Assembly (NCBI GenBank): GCA_947628165.1
Contig: CANQYV010000002.1
Location: forward strand, 33,575-97,574
DNA from: an uncultured Clostridia bacterium
GTDB taxonomy: Bacteria; Bacillota; Clostridia; Oscillospirales; CAG-272
Direction of reading: 5' to 3'
DNA length: 64,000 bases
Positions within the stretch are counted from its first letter, which is position 1. Every line of letters starts with the position of its first letter. The notes under the pieces are model-generated. The model was not told where the DNA came from. It did not search any database and saw only the letters and a list, made by a program, of their open reading frames with translations. Shown here one piece after another: positions 1-9,843 of this stretch. A program made the translations under genes and the position numbers.

Positions 1-1446
1 GCGCGCGGCGCGCTTGTGCCGGCGCGTCTCAACGGGGACGGGGAAGCATATATGCAGAGCCGCCGCCTGCTTGAAACGGCGCTTTTGATGAACGTCGTCT
101 ACCCCATCAACCGCCACGGCGAATGGATAAAGCATCACACCCCCGGCAAGCGCTGGGACTGCCTTTACACATGGGATTCGGGCTTTATAGGGCTCGGGCT
201 GCTCGAGGTGGAGCCCGCGCTCGCGCGGTATGTGCTCGACCTTTACCTTTCCGACGAGAAAAACGAGGACTTCGCGTTTCTCCATCACGGCTCGCCCGTG
301 CCGGTCCAGGCGTATCTGTTCCTCGAGCTTTTGCAGCGCGCGGGGGACAAAACGGCGCTTTACGAGCGGTACCCGCGCATGAGGAGGTATTACCACTATC
401 TTGCCGGCAAGGCGGAGGGCTCCGTTACCGACCCGTTCGAGAGCCGCATGACGACGACGTTTTCATATTTCTACAGCTGCAGCGGTATGGACGACCTGCC
501 GCCGCAGGCGGCGATGCACGCGCGCGGGATGCAGTTTGACTGCGCGCCCGCGCTCACGACCTCGCAGCTCATAAGGGTCGCAAAGATTTTGCGAATGACG
601 GCGGCCGAGGCGGGATATGAGGACGACGTGAAGGAATACGACGCCGACATAAAGCTGCGCTCGGAGGCGCTTTTGAAGTACGCGTGGGATGAGGAGAGCG
701 GATATTTCGGCTACGTCGTCCACGACAAGGACAAAAAGCCGATCGGCATCTTCCGCGACGAGGGAGGCGTCAATCTCTCGCGGGGAATGGACGGTGTATA
801 TCCTCTCGTTGCCGGCGTCTGCGACGCGGAGCGCGAGGCGCGCCTGCTTAGTCACATCTTCTCGGAGCGCGAGATGTTCTCGCCCGTCGGGATAAGCGCC
901 GTTGACATGACGGCTCCCTACTACCGCGACAACGGGTACTGGAACGGAAACGTTTGGTTCTCGCATCAGTGGTTTTTGTGGAAGACGATGCTCGATCTCG
1001 GCATTGGCGACGGGGCATACAAAATAGCGAAGTGCGCGCTTGACGCGTGGGCGCGCGAGGTCGACCACTCCTACTTCACGTTTGAGATGCTGAATATCAA
1101 AACAGGGCGCGGCGGCTGGTTCCATCAGTTCGGCGGGCTGTCCTCCCCCATCGTGATCTGGGCGGACGCGTATTTTCGCCCCGGGACTGTCAACGTCGGC
1201 TTCGATATGTGGATAGGGGAGCAGAATTACGACGAGAAAACGGACACCGTCACGGTGACGGTTACAAATCACGGCGGAAGGACGGGGCTTTTGCTCGCGG
1301 TGCTCAAAAACGCGGACGGCGCCTGTGTCACGATTGACGGAAAGGCTGCCCGGGCACGCCGCCGTACGGACGGCGCCGTCGAGGTGGAAATCCCCGAATC
1401 TGCGGTAGACATGCAAGTCGTTGTACGCGTAGGAGGCTCGGATTGA
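1..1446 (+). CDS. (alpha/alpha)6-barrel glycoside hydrolase (GH63/MGH1/GH15-like), 5' end probably outside the window
   Basis: ORF 16..1446 stays open back to base 1. Motifs WDCLYTWDSGFIGLGL and YWNGNVWFSHQWFLWKTM resemble six-hairpin glycosidases. Confidence 0.6.
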   Translation, partial: ARGALVPARLNGDGEAYMQSRRLLETALLMNVVYPINRHGEWIKHHTPGKRWDCLYTWDSGFIGLGLLEVEPALARYVLDLYLSDEKNEDFAFLHHGSPVPVQAYLFLELLQRAGDKTALYERYPRMRRYYHYLAGKAEGSVTDPFESRMTTTFSYFYSCSGMDDLPPQAAMHARGMQFDCAPALTTSQLIRVAKILRMTAAEAGYEDDVKEYDADIKLRSEALLKYAWDEESGYFGYVVHDKDKKPIGIFRDEGGVNLSRGMDGVYPLVAGVCDAEREARLLSHIFSEREMFSPVGISAVDMTAPYYRDNGYWNGNVWFSHQWFLWKTMLDLGIGDGAYKIAKCALDAWAREVDHSYFTFEMLNIKTGRGGWFHQFGGLSSPIVIWADAYFRPGTVNVGFDMWIGEQNYDEKTDTVTVTVTNHGGRTGLLLAVLKNADGACVTIDGKAARARRRTDGAVEVEIPESAVDMQVVVRVGGSD

Positions 1447-2153
1447 GGCTTGATAAATTCGTCTCCTCGGCGGCGGAGCTCTCCCGACGGGACGCGGGGC
1501 GCGCCGTCGGGAGAGGGCGCGTTTCCGTCGGGGGAGAGGTCATTCGCGACACGTCTTATCAGGTTGGCGAGGACGCGGACGTGACGCTCGACGGGAAAAA
1601 GCTCACGTTTTCGCGATTTGTGTACATTTTATTATATAAGCCCGCGGGCTTTATCACGGCGACGGAGGACGCGCGCCCCGGCGAGCGCGTCGTCATTGAC
1701 CTTTTGCCCGACGGGATACGGCGGCGCGGCGTGTTCCCTGTCGGAAGGCTCGACAGGGACACGACAGGGCTGCTCATCATTACCGACGACGGAAAGTCAG
1801 CGCACAGGGCGCTTTCGCCGAAGTCGCACGTTGCAAAGTCCTACCGATTCGGCTGCGAGCCCCCGCTGACGGAGGAAATGAAAGACGCGCTCTGCCGCGG
1901 CGTCGATATCGGCGAGCGTGACGGGAGAGGGAATGTGCTCCTTACGGCTCCCGCGAGGGTGGAGGGCGACGTGATAACGATAACGGAGGGCAAATTCCAT
2001 CAGATAAAGCGGATGTTTCACGCCGTCGGCAGCGAGATAACGTCGCTCTGCCGCGTGAGCTTTGCGGGGATAGAGCTTGACGGAACGCTTGCCCCGGGCG
2101 AGTGGCGGTATCTTTTGCCCGAGGAAATAAGGCTTTTCACCGGCGGCGCATGA
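1443..2153 (+). CDS. rsuA: RsuA/RluB-family rRNA pseudouridine synthase with N-terminal S4 domain
   Basis: S4-like N-terminus (MRLDKFVS..RRDAGRAV..GRVSVGG) and catalytic motif GRLDRDTTGLLIITDDG. The TTG start overlaps the upstream stop (TTGA). Confidence 0.85.
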   Translation: MRLDKFVSSAAELSRRDAGRAVGRGRVSVGGEVIRDTSYQVGEDADVTLDGKKLTFSRFVYILLYKPAGFITATEDARPGERVVIDLLPDGIRRRGVFPVGRLDRDTTGLLIITDDGKSAHRALSPKSHVAKSYRFGCEPPLTEEMKDALCRGVDIGERDGRGNVLLTAPARVEGDVITITEGKFHQIKRMFHAVGSEITSLCRVSFAGIELDGTLAPGEWRYLLPEEIRLFTGGA

Positions 2154-2179
2154 GGCGCGCGAAAGGACAAGGCACAGAC

Positions 2180-2359
2180 ATGAAAGACAGATTTTACTTT
2201 ATAGTTTCGATTTTGGAGCTTATCTTCGGCATACTCGCCGTCGCCTCATACATTATACTCGCCGTCAGGGGCGAAGATATGACGCCGTGGACGGTGACGC
2301 TCGTTCTTGCCTTCGCGCTGATTGCTATGGGGCTCTGGGGAATCAGGAATCGGAAATAG
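2180..2359 (+). CDS. small two-helix membrane protein, hypothetical
   Basis: Internal ATG at 2180 in ORF 2102..2359, preceded by gaaaggacaagg. The 59 aa form two hydrophobic helices. Confidence 0.45.
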   Translation: MKDRFYFIVSILELIFGILAVASYIILAVRGEDMTPWTVTLVLAFALIAMGLWGIRNRK

Positions 2360-2449
2360 CTGTTTGCTCCATTGCTCACCGCCGAATTTTCTCTTTACGG
2401 CGCGTGCAAACTGTGGTATACTATATGCGGTAAATCAATTATTCTGTAT

Positions 2450-2502
2450 GAAGTTTTTGAAAGGGGCGCGGGGAAAACTTTTTTTTAAAAAGTTTTCCCC
2501 GC
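2450..2502. repeat. dispersed hairpin element, copy A (15 nt upstream of the tex start codon)
   Basis: gaagtttttgaaaggggc + GCGGGGAAAACTTTT..AAAAGTTTTCCCCGC. Confidence 0.75.
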
Positions 2503-2516
2503 ATAATAAATAACCG

Positions 2517-4700
2517 ATGGACATCCTAAAAACAATATCCGAAGAACTGAACATTCCGCAGAAGCAGGTGGAGGCGGCGGTCGGCCTTATCGACGAGGGG
2601 AACACGATCCCGTTTATCGCCCGCTACCGCAAGGAGGTGACCGGCGGGCTCGACGACACGCAGCTGCGCGACCTTGAGACGCGTCTTTCATATCTGCGCT
2701 CGCTCGACGCGCGCCGCGCCGAGGTGCGCGACCTCATCGCGGCGCAGGAAAAGCTGACGCCAGAAATAGAGGCGGCGCTTGAGAAGGCGTCGATACTTGC
2801 CGAAATAGAGGACATATACCGCCCGTTCCGCCCGAAGCGCAAGACAAGGGCGTCCGTCGCGAGGGAGCGCGGGCTCTCCCCGCTCGCGGAGGCGATACAC
2901 GAGCAGAGGGACGTCTATGACCCGCCGCTGCCGGAGCTCGCCGAGTCGTTCGTGAACGCGGAGCTTGGGGTGAACACCGCCGCCGAGGCGCTCGCGGGCG
3001 CGGCAGACATAATCGCGGAGGACGTTTCCGACAACGCCGATTACAGAGGCCGTCTGCGCGAGCTTACGCGCGAGCACGGCGTCATCAAAACGTCTCAGGC
3101 GAAGGAAGGCGACAGCGTCTACGCCATGTACTACGACTATTCCGAGCGCGTCTCGAAGATGGCGGCACACCGTGTGCTCGCCGTGAACAGGGGCGAGAAG
3201 GAGGGCGTCCTCAAGGTGACGCTCACGCTCGACCCGGAGCTTGCGCTCTCGTACCTCTATTCAAAGGAGCTCAAAAAAGGCGAAAGTCCCGCAAAGGAGC
3301 TCGTCAGAGCCGCCGTCGAGGACGCTTATTCACGCCTCATCGCGCCGTCTGTCGAGCGCGAGGTCAGGGGCGAGCTCACGGACGCCGCGCAGGAGGGAGC
3401 GATCAAGGTCTTCGCCGACAATCTGCGCCACCTGCTGCTTCAGGCGCCTATCAAGGGCAAGACCGTCATGGGTCTCGACCCCGGCTACCGCACGGGCTGC
3501 AAGCTCGCCGTCGTAGACAAAACGGGCCGCGTCATAGACACGGCGGTCATTTATCCTACGAAGCCTCACGAGAGGATAGAGGAGGCGAAGCGTAAGGTCA
3601 AATCCTTCATCACAAAATATCACGTCGACGCCGTCGCGATAGGCAACGGCACGGCGTCGCGCGAGAGCGAGCGCTTTATCGCGGACACTCTGCGCGAGAT
3701 GCCGGACTGCGACTGCAAATACGTCATCGTCTCCGAGGCGGGCGCGTCCGTATACTCGGCGTCTAAGCTCGCGGCGGAGGAATTCCCCGATTTCGACGTG
3801 ACGCAGCGCTCCGCCGTCTCGATAGCGAGAAGGCTCCAGGACCCGCTGGCGGAGCTCGTTAAAATCGAGCCGCGCTCGATAGGCGTCGGCCAGTATCAGC
3901 ACGACATGAAGCCCGCCCGCCTTGACGAGGCGCTCGGAGGCGTCGTCGAGGCGTCCGTAAACGCCGTCGGCGTCGACGTGAACACGGCGTCGCACGCGCT
4001 GCTTTCATACGTCGCGGGAATAAACGCGGTGCTGGCGAAAAACATAGTCAAGTACCGCGAGGAGCACGGCGAGTTCTCGTCGCGCGCGGAGATAATGGCG
4101 GTGCCGAGAATGGGGGAGCGCGCATTCCAGCAGTGCGCGGGCTTCCTTCGCGTGCCGGGCGGCGAGGAGATACTCGACAACACGGGCGTTCACCCCGAAT
4201 CTTACGAGGCGACGAAAAAGCTCCTTAAAAAATACAAATACAAGCCCGAGGACGTGAGAGACGGCGGCGTGACGCTTTTGCGCTTCAAAATAAAAAAGGA
4301 CGGCGCTGAGGCCGTCTGCCGTGAGCTCGGGATAGGAGAGCCGACGCTTGCGGACATCGTGTCCGAGCTTGAAAAGCCGGGCCGCGACGTAAGAGACTCG
4401 TTCCCCGCGCCGGTGCTGCGCGAGGATGTGCTCGAAATGTCAGACCTTGAGCCGGGGATGCTCCTGACAGGCACGGTCAGAAACGTGACTGACTTCGGCG
4501 CGTTCGTCGATATCGGTGTTCACCAGGACGGGCTTTTGCATATATCGGAGATGTCGGACAAGTTCATCCGTCATCCGTCCGAATGCCTCGCCGTAGGAGA
4601 TGTGATAACGGTGAAGATAAAGGGCGTCGACACGGCGAAGGGGCGCATATCGCTCACGGCAAAGGGACTCGGCGCAAAACAGTCGGGAAAACGGAAATAA
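2517..4700 (+). CDS. tex: Tex-like transcription accessory protein (YqgF/HhH/S1 domains)
   Basis: 727 aa. N-terminus IPFIARYRKE, YqgF-like core, C-terminal S1 domain (GTVRNVTDFGAFVDIGVHQDGLLHISEM). Confidence 0.9.
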   Translation: MDILKTISEELNIPQKQVEAAVGLIDEGNTIPFIARYRKEVTGGLDDTQLRDLETRLSYLRSLDARRAEVRDLIAAQEKLTPEIEAALEKASILAEIEDIYRPFRPKRKTRASVARERGLSPLAEAIHEQRDVYDPPLPELAESFVNAELGVNTAAEALAGAADIIAEDVSDNADYRGRLRELTREHGVIKTSQAKEGDSVYAMYYDYSERVSKMAAHRVLAVNRGEKEGVLKVTLTLDPELALSYLYSKELKKGESPAKELVRAAVEDAYSRLIAPSVEREVRGELTDAAQEGAIKVFADNLRHLLLQAPIKGKTVMGLDPGYRTGCKLAVVDKTGRVIDTAVIYPTKPHERIEEAKRKVKSFITKYHVDAVAIGNGTASRESERFIADTLREMPDCDCKYVIVSEAGASVYSASKLAAEEFPDFDVTQRSAVSIARRLQDPLAELVKIEPRSIGVGQYQHDMKPARLDEALGGVVEASVNAVGVDVNTASHALLSYVAGINAVLAKNIVKYREEHGEFSSRAEIMAVPRMGERAFQQCAGFLRVPGGEEILDNTGVHPESYEATKKLLKKYKYKPEDVRDGGVTLLRFKIKKDGAEAVCRELGIGEPTLADIVSELEKPGRDVRDSFPAPVLREDVLEMSDLEPGMLLTGTVRNVTDFGAFVDIGVHQDGLLHISEMSDKFIRHPSECLAVGDVITVKIKGVDTAKGRISLTAKGLGAKQSGKRK

Positions 4701-4911
4701 ATTTTAATATATTAAAAAGGAATTCCATCCGTGAGGCAAAAAACCGACACCGCGGCGCTCAAGTTATACAACATACACAAACGCGAATTGTGATTTTTGG
4801 GGAAAAAAGCTCTTTTCACAAGGACGAAGTTTTGATAAAATATATAAAAACAAAAGATGGGTGCGAGGCTTTTTTGCCGGCAGCCGCAATTCTAAGGAGG
4901 ACCATTCCCGA

Positions 4912-6024
4912 ATGGCAAGCTTATCACTGAAACATATTTATAAGAAGTATCCCGGCGGCGTCACAGCCGTTTCAGACTTCTGCCTTGAGATCAAGGACAA
5001 GGAGTTTCTCGTTCTCGTCGGCCCTTCCGGCTGCGGAAAGTCCACGACGCTCCGCATGATAGCGGGTCTTGAAGAGATCTCGGAAGGCGAGCTCTTTATA
5101 GGCGACAAGCTCGTCAACGACGTCGCCCCGAAGGACCGCGATATCGCGATGGTGTTCCAGAACTACGCTCTGTATCCGCACATGTCGGTGTTTGACAACA
5201 TGGCGTTCGGTCTGAAGCTCAGAAAGACGCCGAAGGAAGAGATAAAGCGCCGCGTCGAAGAGGCCGCCCGCATCCTCGATATAACCCACCTGCTCGACAG
5301 AAAGCCGAAGGCTCTGTCCGGCGGTCAGAAACAGCGTGTCGCTCTCGGCCGTGCTATCGTCCGTAACCCGCGCGTCTTCCTTCTTGACGAGCCGCTCTCA
5401 AACCTCGACGCTAAGCTGCGCGCGACGATGAGAACCGAGCTCACGAAGATACATCAGAGAGTCGGCACGACGTTTATCTACGTCACGCACGACCAGACAG
5501 AGGCTATGACGATGGCTACGCGCATCGTCGTTATGAAGGACGGTCTCATTCAGCAGGTCGACACTCCTCAGAACCTCTACGACAGCCCCTGCAACCTCTT
5601 TGTCGCGGGCTTCATAGGCACGCCTCAGATGAACTTTGTCAACTGCACGCTGAAGCGCAAGGGAGAGGATACATACCTCGAATACGGTCAGAACTCGATA
5701 AAGCTCCCGGCAGAGAAGGGCAACGACCCGGCTCTCAAGGATTACATCGGTCAGGAAGTCATCGCAGGCATCCGTCCCGAGTCCATCCGCGACGACGAAG
5801 AGTTCATCGCAAAGCATCCCGACGCCGTCATCACCTGCGACGTCGAGGTCACAGAGCTTATGGGCGCCGAGATATATCTCTATCTCATCTCCGAAGAGCA
5901 GAACCTCATCGCCCGCGTTGCTCCGACGTCCACGGCCCGCGCCGGCGACAGCATAAAGGTCGCCGTCGACCCCGCGAAGATACACATCTTCGACAAGGAC
6001 ACCGAGCGCTGCCTCGTTCACTGA
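4912..6024 (+). CDS. msmX: MsmX/MsmK/MalK-type sugar ABC transporter ATP-binding protein (no adjacent permease)
   Basis: Walker A GPSGCGKST, LSGGQKQR signature, Walker B FLLDEPLS, C-terminal MalK-like regulatory domain. aaggagg RBS upstream of ATG 4912. Confidence 0.85.
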   Translation: MASLSLKHIYKKYPGGVTAVSDFCLEIKDKEFLVLVGPSGCGKSTTLRMIAGLEEISEGELFIGDKLVNDVAPKDRDIAMVFQNYALYPHMSVFDNMAFGLKLRKTPKEEIKRRVEEAARILDITHLLDRKPKALSGGQKQRVALGRAIVRNPRVFLLDEPLSNLDAKLRATMRTELTKIHQRVGTTFIYVTHDQTEAMTMATRIVVMKDGLIQQVDTPQNLYDSPCNLFVAGFIGTPQMNFVNCTLKRKGEDTYLEYGQNSIKLPAEKGNDPALKDYIGQEVIAGIRPESIRDDEEFIAKHPDAVITCDVEVTELMGAEIYLYLISEEQNLIARVAPTSTARAGDSIKVAVDPAKIHIFDKDTERCLVH

Positions 6025-6033
6025 GAATAAGTT

Positions 6034-6066
6034 AAAAAAGTCCTCGCTAAGGCGAGGACTTTTTTT
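6034..6066. terminator. bidirectional intrinsic terminator hairpin
   Basis: aaaaaAGTCCTCGCtaagGCGAGGACTtttttt: 9-bp stem flanked by an A-run and a T-run, between convergent genes. Confidence 0.8.
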
Positions 6067-6070
6067 AATA

Positions 6071-6096
6071 TCCCCGCAATTTGCGGGGACTTTTTT
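6071..6096 (+). terminator. second intrinsic terminator hairpin
   Basis: TCCCCGCaatttGCGGGGActttttt. Confidence 0.65.
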
Positions 6097-6111
6097 GCCG
6101 ATTTAGCTTTT

Positions 6112-6717
6112 TTATCCTTCGTAACGCCGGACGCGGAGAGCTGCGCCCACGGACTCGCATATTGCACGGCAGCGCGCCTGTTCTTCCTTTGAGGTCACGA
6201 CGTCGACGACGGTCATGACGACGTGAGGGACATAATTTGTGCAGTCGCGGGCGAAGGCGAGCATTGCGTCAAAAGAGCATATGCCGAAGCGGGGGCGGAC
6301 TACCTTGAAGTAGTCCTCTTTGTTTGACGCGTTGAGGCTTATCGAAACCGTGTCGACAGCGCCAGAAAGCATAGGCGCAGTCCTTTTGCCGTTTATAAGG
6401 TCGGAAAGGCCGTTCGTGTTTATCCTTATCGGGACCTCGAGCTTCGATTTGATATACCGCGCCGCATCGAGCAGCGCGTCAATGCGCTCGGTCGGCTCAC
6501 CGTATCCGCAGAATACGACCTCGTCGAAATCAGAGAGGTCGTAAGCATCGACGGCGGCCTTTATTTCCGCCTCCGTCGGCTCCCTTTCGAGCCAAAGGGA
6601 GTCCGAGCCGTAAACGCCGTCGCCGTTTTGCCGTAGGCAGAACGTGCATGCGCACGGGCAGCGGTTCGTGATATTCAAATAAAGCCCTTTTTTTACCTTG
6701 TACGCGACGGTCATCAT
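6112..6717 (-). CDS. radical SAM protein (small, TatD-associated-like family)
   Basis: CxxxCxxC motif (NRCPCACTFCLR). GGAGG lies 8 nt upstream of the ATG at 6717. The GTG at 6726 lies inside the RBS. Confidence 0.7.
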   Translation of the reverse strand: MMTVAYKVKKGLYLNITNRCPCACTFCLRQNGDGVYGSDSLWLEREPTEAEIKAAVDAYDLSDFDEVVFCGYGEPTERIDALLDAARYIKSKLEVPIRINTNGLSDLINGKRTAPMLSGAVDTVSISLNASNKEDYFKVVRPRFGICSFDAMLAFARDCTNYVPHVVMTVVDVVTSKEEQARCRAICESVGAALRVRRYEG

Positions 6718-6834
6718 GCGGCACACCTCCGTGCGGGAAGGTCTCCCGCAACGGTGATTTTATCACGCGGCGCGCAATATGTCAAGCGAGGGGGAAAAAA
6801 GCGCGGAAAAACTGTCCGCGCCGCAAAACTGTAC

Positions 6835-6863
6835 TTGAAAAAGTGCGCGGCTTGTGATATCAT
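6835..6863 (+). promoter_or_regulatory. sigma-70-type promoter for trkAH
   Basis: TTGAAA, 17-nt spacer, TATCAT, with a TGn extended -10. Confidence 0.55.
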
Positions 6864-6909
6864 GTACCCGTGAAAAAATGGATAACAGACAAAACAGAGA
6901 TAAAATAAT

Positions 6910-8286
6910 ATGAATATAATCATTGCGGGAGGCGGAAAAGTCGGCATCACGATTGCCGAGCGCCTCTCATATGAGGACCACGACATAACGCTCATAGATA
7001 CCGACACCGAGGTGCTCGCCGAGGCGCAGGAGACGCTCGACGTGCTGACTATCGAGGGCAACGGCGCGGCGATAGATACGCTCCGCCGCGCGGACGCCGG
7101 AAAAGGCGACGTGCTCATCGCCATGATGGACGCGGACGAGAAGAACCTGCTCTGCTGTATGTCGGCGAAGATGCTCGGCTGCCGCCATATGATGGCGCGC
7201 GTGCGCGACCCGCAGTATTCAAAGCACACGAATTTCCTGCGCGATTACCTCGGGCTCTCGATGGCAGTCAACCCCGAGCATTCGGCGGCGAATGAGATCT
7301 ACCGCATAATACAGTTCCCGTCTTTTCTGAAGCGCGACTCGTTTGACAAGGGGCGCGTCGAGCTCGTCGAGATAAAAATAGCCGAGGGCAGCCCGCTCGA
7401 CGGGAAAAAGCTTTACGAAGCCTCCGGCATACTCGGTCTGCGCGTGCTGATATGCGCCGTCGAGAGGGGAGACACCGTCACGATCCCGAACGGCAGCTTC
7501 ACGATACAGGCGGGCGACAGGATAACGGTCACGGCGGCGAGAATAGACTTGGCGGCGCTCATAAAGAGCCTCGGCCTTGTGAGGCAGAAGATACGCGACG
7601 TGCTCATAATCGGCTGCGGGCGCATTTCTGAATACCTGACAGACGAGCTTCTGCGTTCCGGCGTTGCCGTCAAGGTCATAGAAAAGGACAAAAAGCGCGC
7701 CGAGGAGTTCGGACTTCGCTTTCCGAAGGCGCTCGTCATAAACGGCAATGCGTCGCAGAGGGGATTTCTCGAATCCGAGGGCGTCGAGAATTTCGACGCC
7801 GTCATCTCGCTCACGGGAATAGATGAGGAAAACCTCATAATATCCATGTACTGCAGCCACATGGGCGTCAAAAAGACTGTCACGAAGATAGACAGAAACG
7901 AATACGCGCGCCTGTTTTCGGATAGGGAGCTCGGCTCCGTCGTCTGCCCGAAGGAGCTGACGACGAACGAGATACTCCGCTATATAAGGGCTATTTCCAA
8001 CAGCGGCGAGGACTCGATACGCTCGCTGCACAGGATAGTGGACGGAAAGGTCGAGGCGCTCGAATTCGCCGTGACGGAGCAGAGTCCGCACACGGAGATA
8101 CCGCTTTCGAGGCTCCGCTTCAAGCCGAACGTCCTTGTCGCCTGCATCACGCGGTCGAGCCAGGTCATAATCCCGAACGGAGACGACGTCATGCGCCCCG
8201 GAGACACCGTGATAATCGTCACGACGGCGGACCGCACGGTCGGCGACCTGCGCGACATCTTCGAGCGCGACGCCGTCAGAAACTAA
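6910..8286 (+). CDS. trkA: Trk potassium uptake system NAD-binding subunit TrkA
   Basis: 458 aa. Duplicated RCK_N/RCK_C architecture (MNIIIAGGGKVG.. and LIIGCGRISE..). Confidence 0.9.
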   Translation: MNIIIAGGGKVGITIAERLSYEDHDITLIDTDTEVLAEAQETLDVLTIEGNGAAIDTLRRADAGKGDVLIAMMDADEKNLLCCMSAKMLGCRHMMARVRDPQYSKHTNFLRDYLGLSMAVNPEHSAANEIYRIIQFPSFLKRDSFDKGRVELVEIKIAEGSPLDGKKLYEASGILGLRVLICAVERGDTVTIPNGSFTIQAGDRITVTAARIDLAALIKSLGLVRQKIRDVLIIGCGRISEYLTDELLRSGVAVKVIEKDKKRAEEFGLRFPKALVINGNASQRGFLESEGVENFDAVISLTGIDEENLIISMYCSHMGVKKTVTKIDRNEYARLFSDRELGSVVCPKELTTNEILRYIRAISNSGEDSIRSLHRIVDGKVEALEFAVTEQSPHTEIPLSRLRFKPNVLVACITRSSQVIIPNGDDVMRPGDTVIIVTTADRTVGDLRDIFERDAVRN

Positions 8287-8299
8287 GGGGGCCGCGCGC

Positions 8300-9754
8300 T
8301 TGAATTACAAGATAGTGTCAAATTACCTCGGCAGGATACTGCTGCTCGAGGCCATAACGATGACGCCATCGCTCATAATGGCGATCTTTGCGGATGGGCT
8401 TATGCCGACGCTCGCGTTCGCGTCGTCGATGCTCGCGGCGGCGGCCGTCGGCTCCGTTTTGCTTTTCTGCATCAGACCGAAGAACAGGAGCATATATTCG
8501 CGCGAGGGCTGCGTTATCGTGGCGCTCTCGTGGATCACGATATCGCTTTTCGGCGCGCTCCCCATGACGCTGTCGGGCGCGATACCGTCATATATCGACG
8601 CCGTTTTCGAGACGGTGTCGGGATTTACGACGACGGGGGCGACGATAATCGCGGATATAGAGTCGCTGCCGATGAGCGTGCTTTACTGGCGCTCGTTCAC
8701 GCATTGGCTCGGCGGCATGGGAGTTCTCGTCTTCATCCTCGCGATCGTTCCCGAAGGTCACGGGAGCGGTATGCCGTTTCAGATACTGCGTGCCGAGAGC
8801 CCGACGCCTACGGCGGGCAAGCTCGCGCCGAAGCTGCATCTGACGGCGCGGATACTGTACTCGATTTATTTCGGGCTTACGGTCATACAGATAATAATTC
8901 TCGTGATCGGCGGGATGCCGCTGTTTGACGCCGTCACGGCGTCGTTCAGCACGGCGGGGACGGGAGGCTTTTCGATAAAGAACGACAGCTTTGCGTCATA
9001 TAACCCGTTCTGCCAGACGACGCTCGCGGTCTTTATGCTGCTGTTCGGCGTCAACTTCAATATTTACTTCCTTATCCTTATAGGAGAGTTCCGCCGCGTC
9101 TTCAAAAACAGCGAGCTGCGGACGTATCTTTCGATAGTCGCCGTGTCTGTCGCCGCGGTGACGGTCAACGTCTTGAAAATGTTCAACTCGGCGGGCGAGG
9201 CGCTGCATCACGCGTTTTTCCAGGTCGTCTCGATAATCACGACGACGGGAGGCACGACGCTCGACTACGAGCCGTGGCCCGAATTTTCGCACGGCGTGCT
9301 GCTCCTTCTGATGGTAGTCGGCGCGTGCGCGGGCTCGACGGGCGGCGGCGTCAAAATATCGCGCCTCGTGATAATGTGGAAGGCGTTCCGGACCGAGATA
9401 AAGAAGCTTCTCCACCCGCACACGGTTTCGTCGATAGAGATGGACGGCGAGGTCATCGAGCGCAGCACGCTCTCGCGCTGCGGCGTGTTTTTCTTCGTAT
9501 ATATGATCCTCGTCGCGCTGTCGACGGTGCTTTTGGCGCTTGACGGCTGCGATATAGAGACTAATTTCAGCGCGGTTTTGGCGTGCATCAACAACGTCGG
9601 CCCCGGCTTCGGTCTCGTCGGGCCCGCGCTGACGTACAACTGCTTTTCCGCCGGCGGCAAAATCCTGCTCGCGTTTGATATGCTGCTTGGGAGGCTGGGG
9701 CTATTCCCGCTGATACTGCTCTTTGTACCCTCGACGTGGAGCAAGAGAAAATAA
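8300..9754 (+). CDS. trkH: Trk potassium transporter membrane subunit TrkH
   Basis: 484 aa polytopic protein with TTTG/TAGTGGF/STGGGVK selectivity-filter-like repeats. TTG start 13 nt after trkA. Confidence 0.9.
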   Translation: MNYKIVSNYLGRILLLEAITMTPSLIMAIFADGLMPTLAFASSMLAAAAVGSVLLFCIRPKNRSIYSREGCVIVALSWITISLFGALPMTLSGAIPSYIDAVFETVSGFTTTGATIIADIESLPMSVLYWRSFTHWLGGMGVLVFILAIVPEGHGSGMPFQILRAESPTPTAGKLAPKLHLTARILYSIYFGLTVIQIIILVIGGMPLFDAVTASFSTAGTGGFSIKNDSFASYNPFCQTTLAVFMLLFGVNFNIYFLILIGEFRRVFKNSELRTYLSIVAVSVAAVTVNVLKMFNSAGEALHHAFFQVVSIITTTGGTTLDYEPWPEFSHGVLLLLMVVGACAGSTGGGVKISRLVIMWKAFRTEIKKLLHPHTVSSIEMDGEVIERSTLSRCGVFFFVYMILVALSTVLLALDGCDIETNFSAVLACINNVGPGFGLVGPALTYNCFSAGGKILLAFDMLLGRLGLFPLILLFVPSTWSKRK

Positions 9755-9779
9755 GGCAAGAAAAATATTCACTCCGCTA

Positions 9780-9819
9780 TTGACAAGCCTCCGCATAAGT
9801 GATATCATTATGATATCAT
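9780..9819 (+). promoter_or_regulatory. promoter with tandem 11-bp repeat (TGATATCAT x2), upstream of the SPFH gene
   Basis: TTGACA (9780..9785), 17-nt spacer, TATCAT (9803..9808). TGATATCAT recurs at 9800..9808 and 9811..9819. Confidence 0.6.
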
Positions 9820-9843
9820 AAGGTATACGGAGGAAATATCGGT

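Noticed and set aside
6727-6909. Possible c-di-AMP (ydaO/kimA-type) riboswitch upstream of trkA
   Set aside because: A promoter at 6835..6863 leaves a leader of only about 45 nt, and no pseudo-twofold ACGGGGA/CCCA-type motifs are visible.
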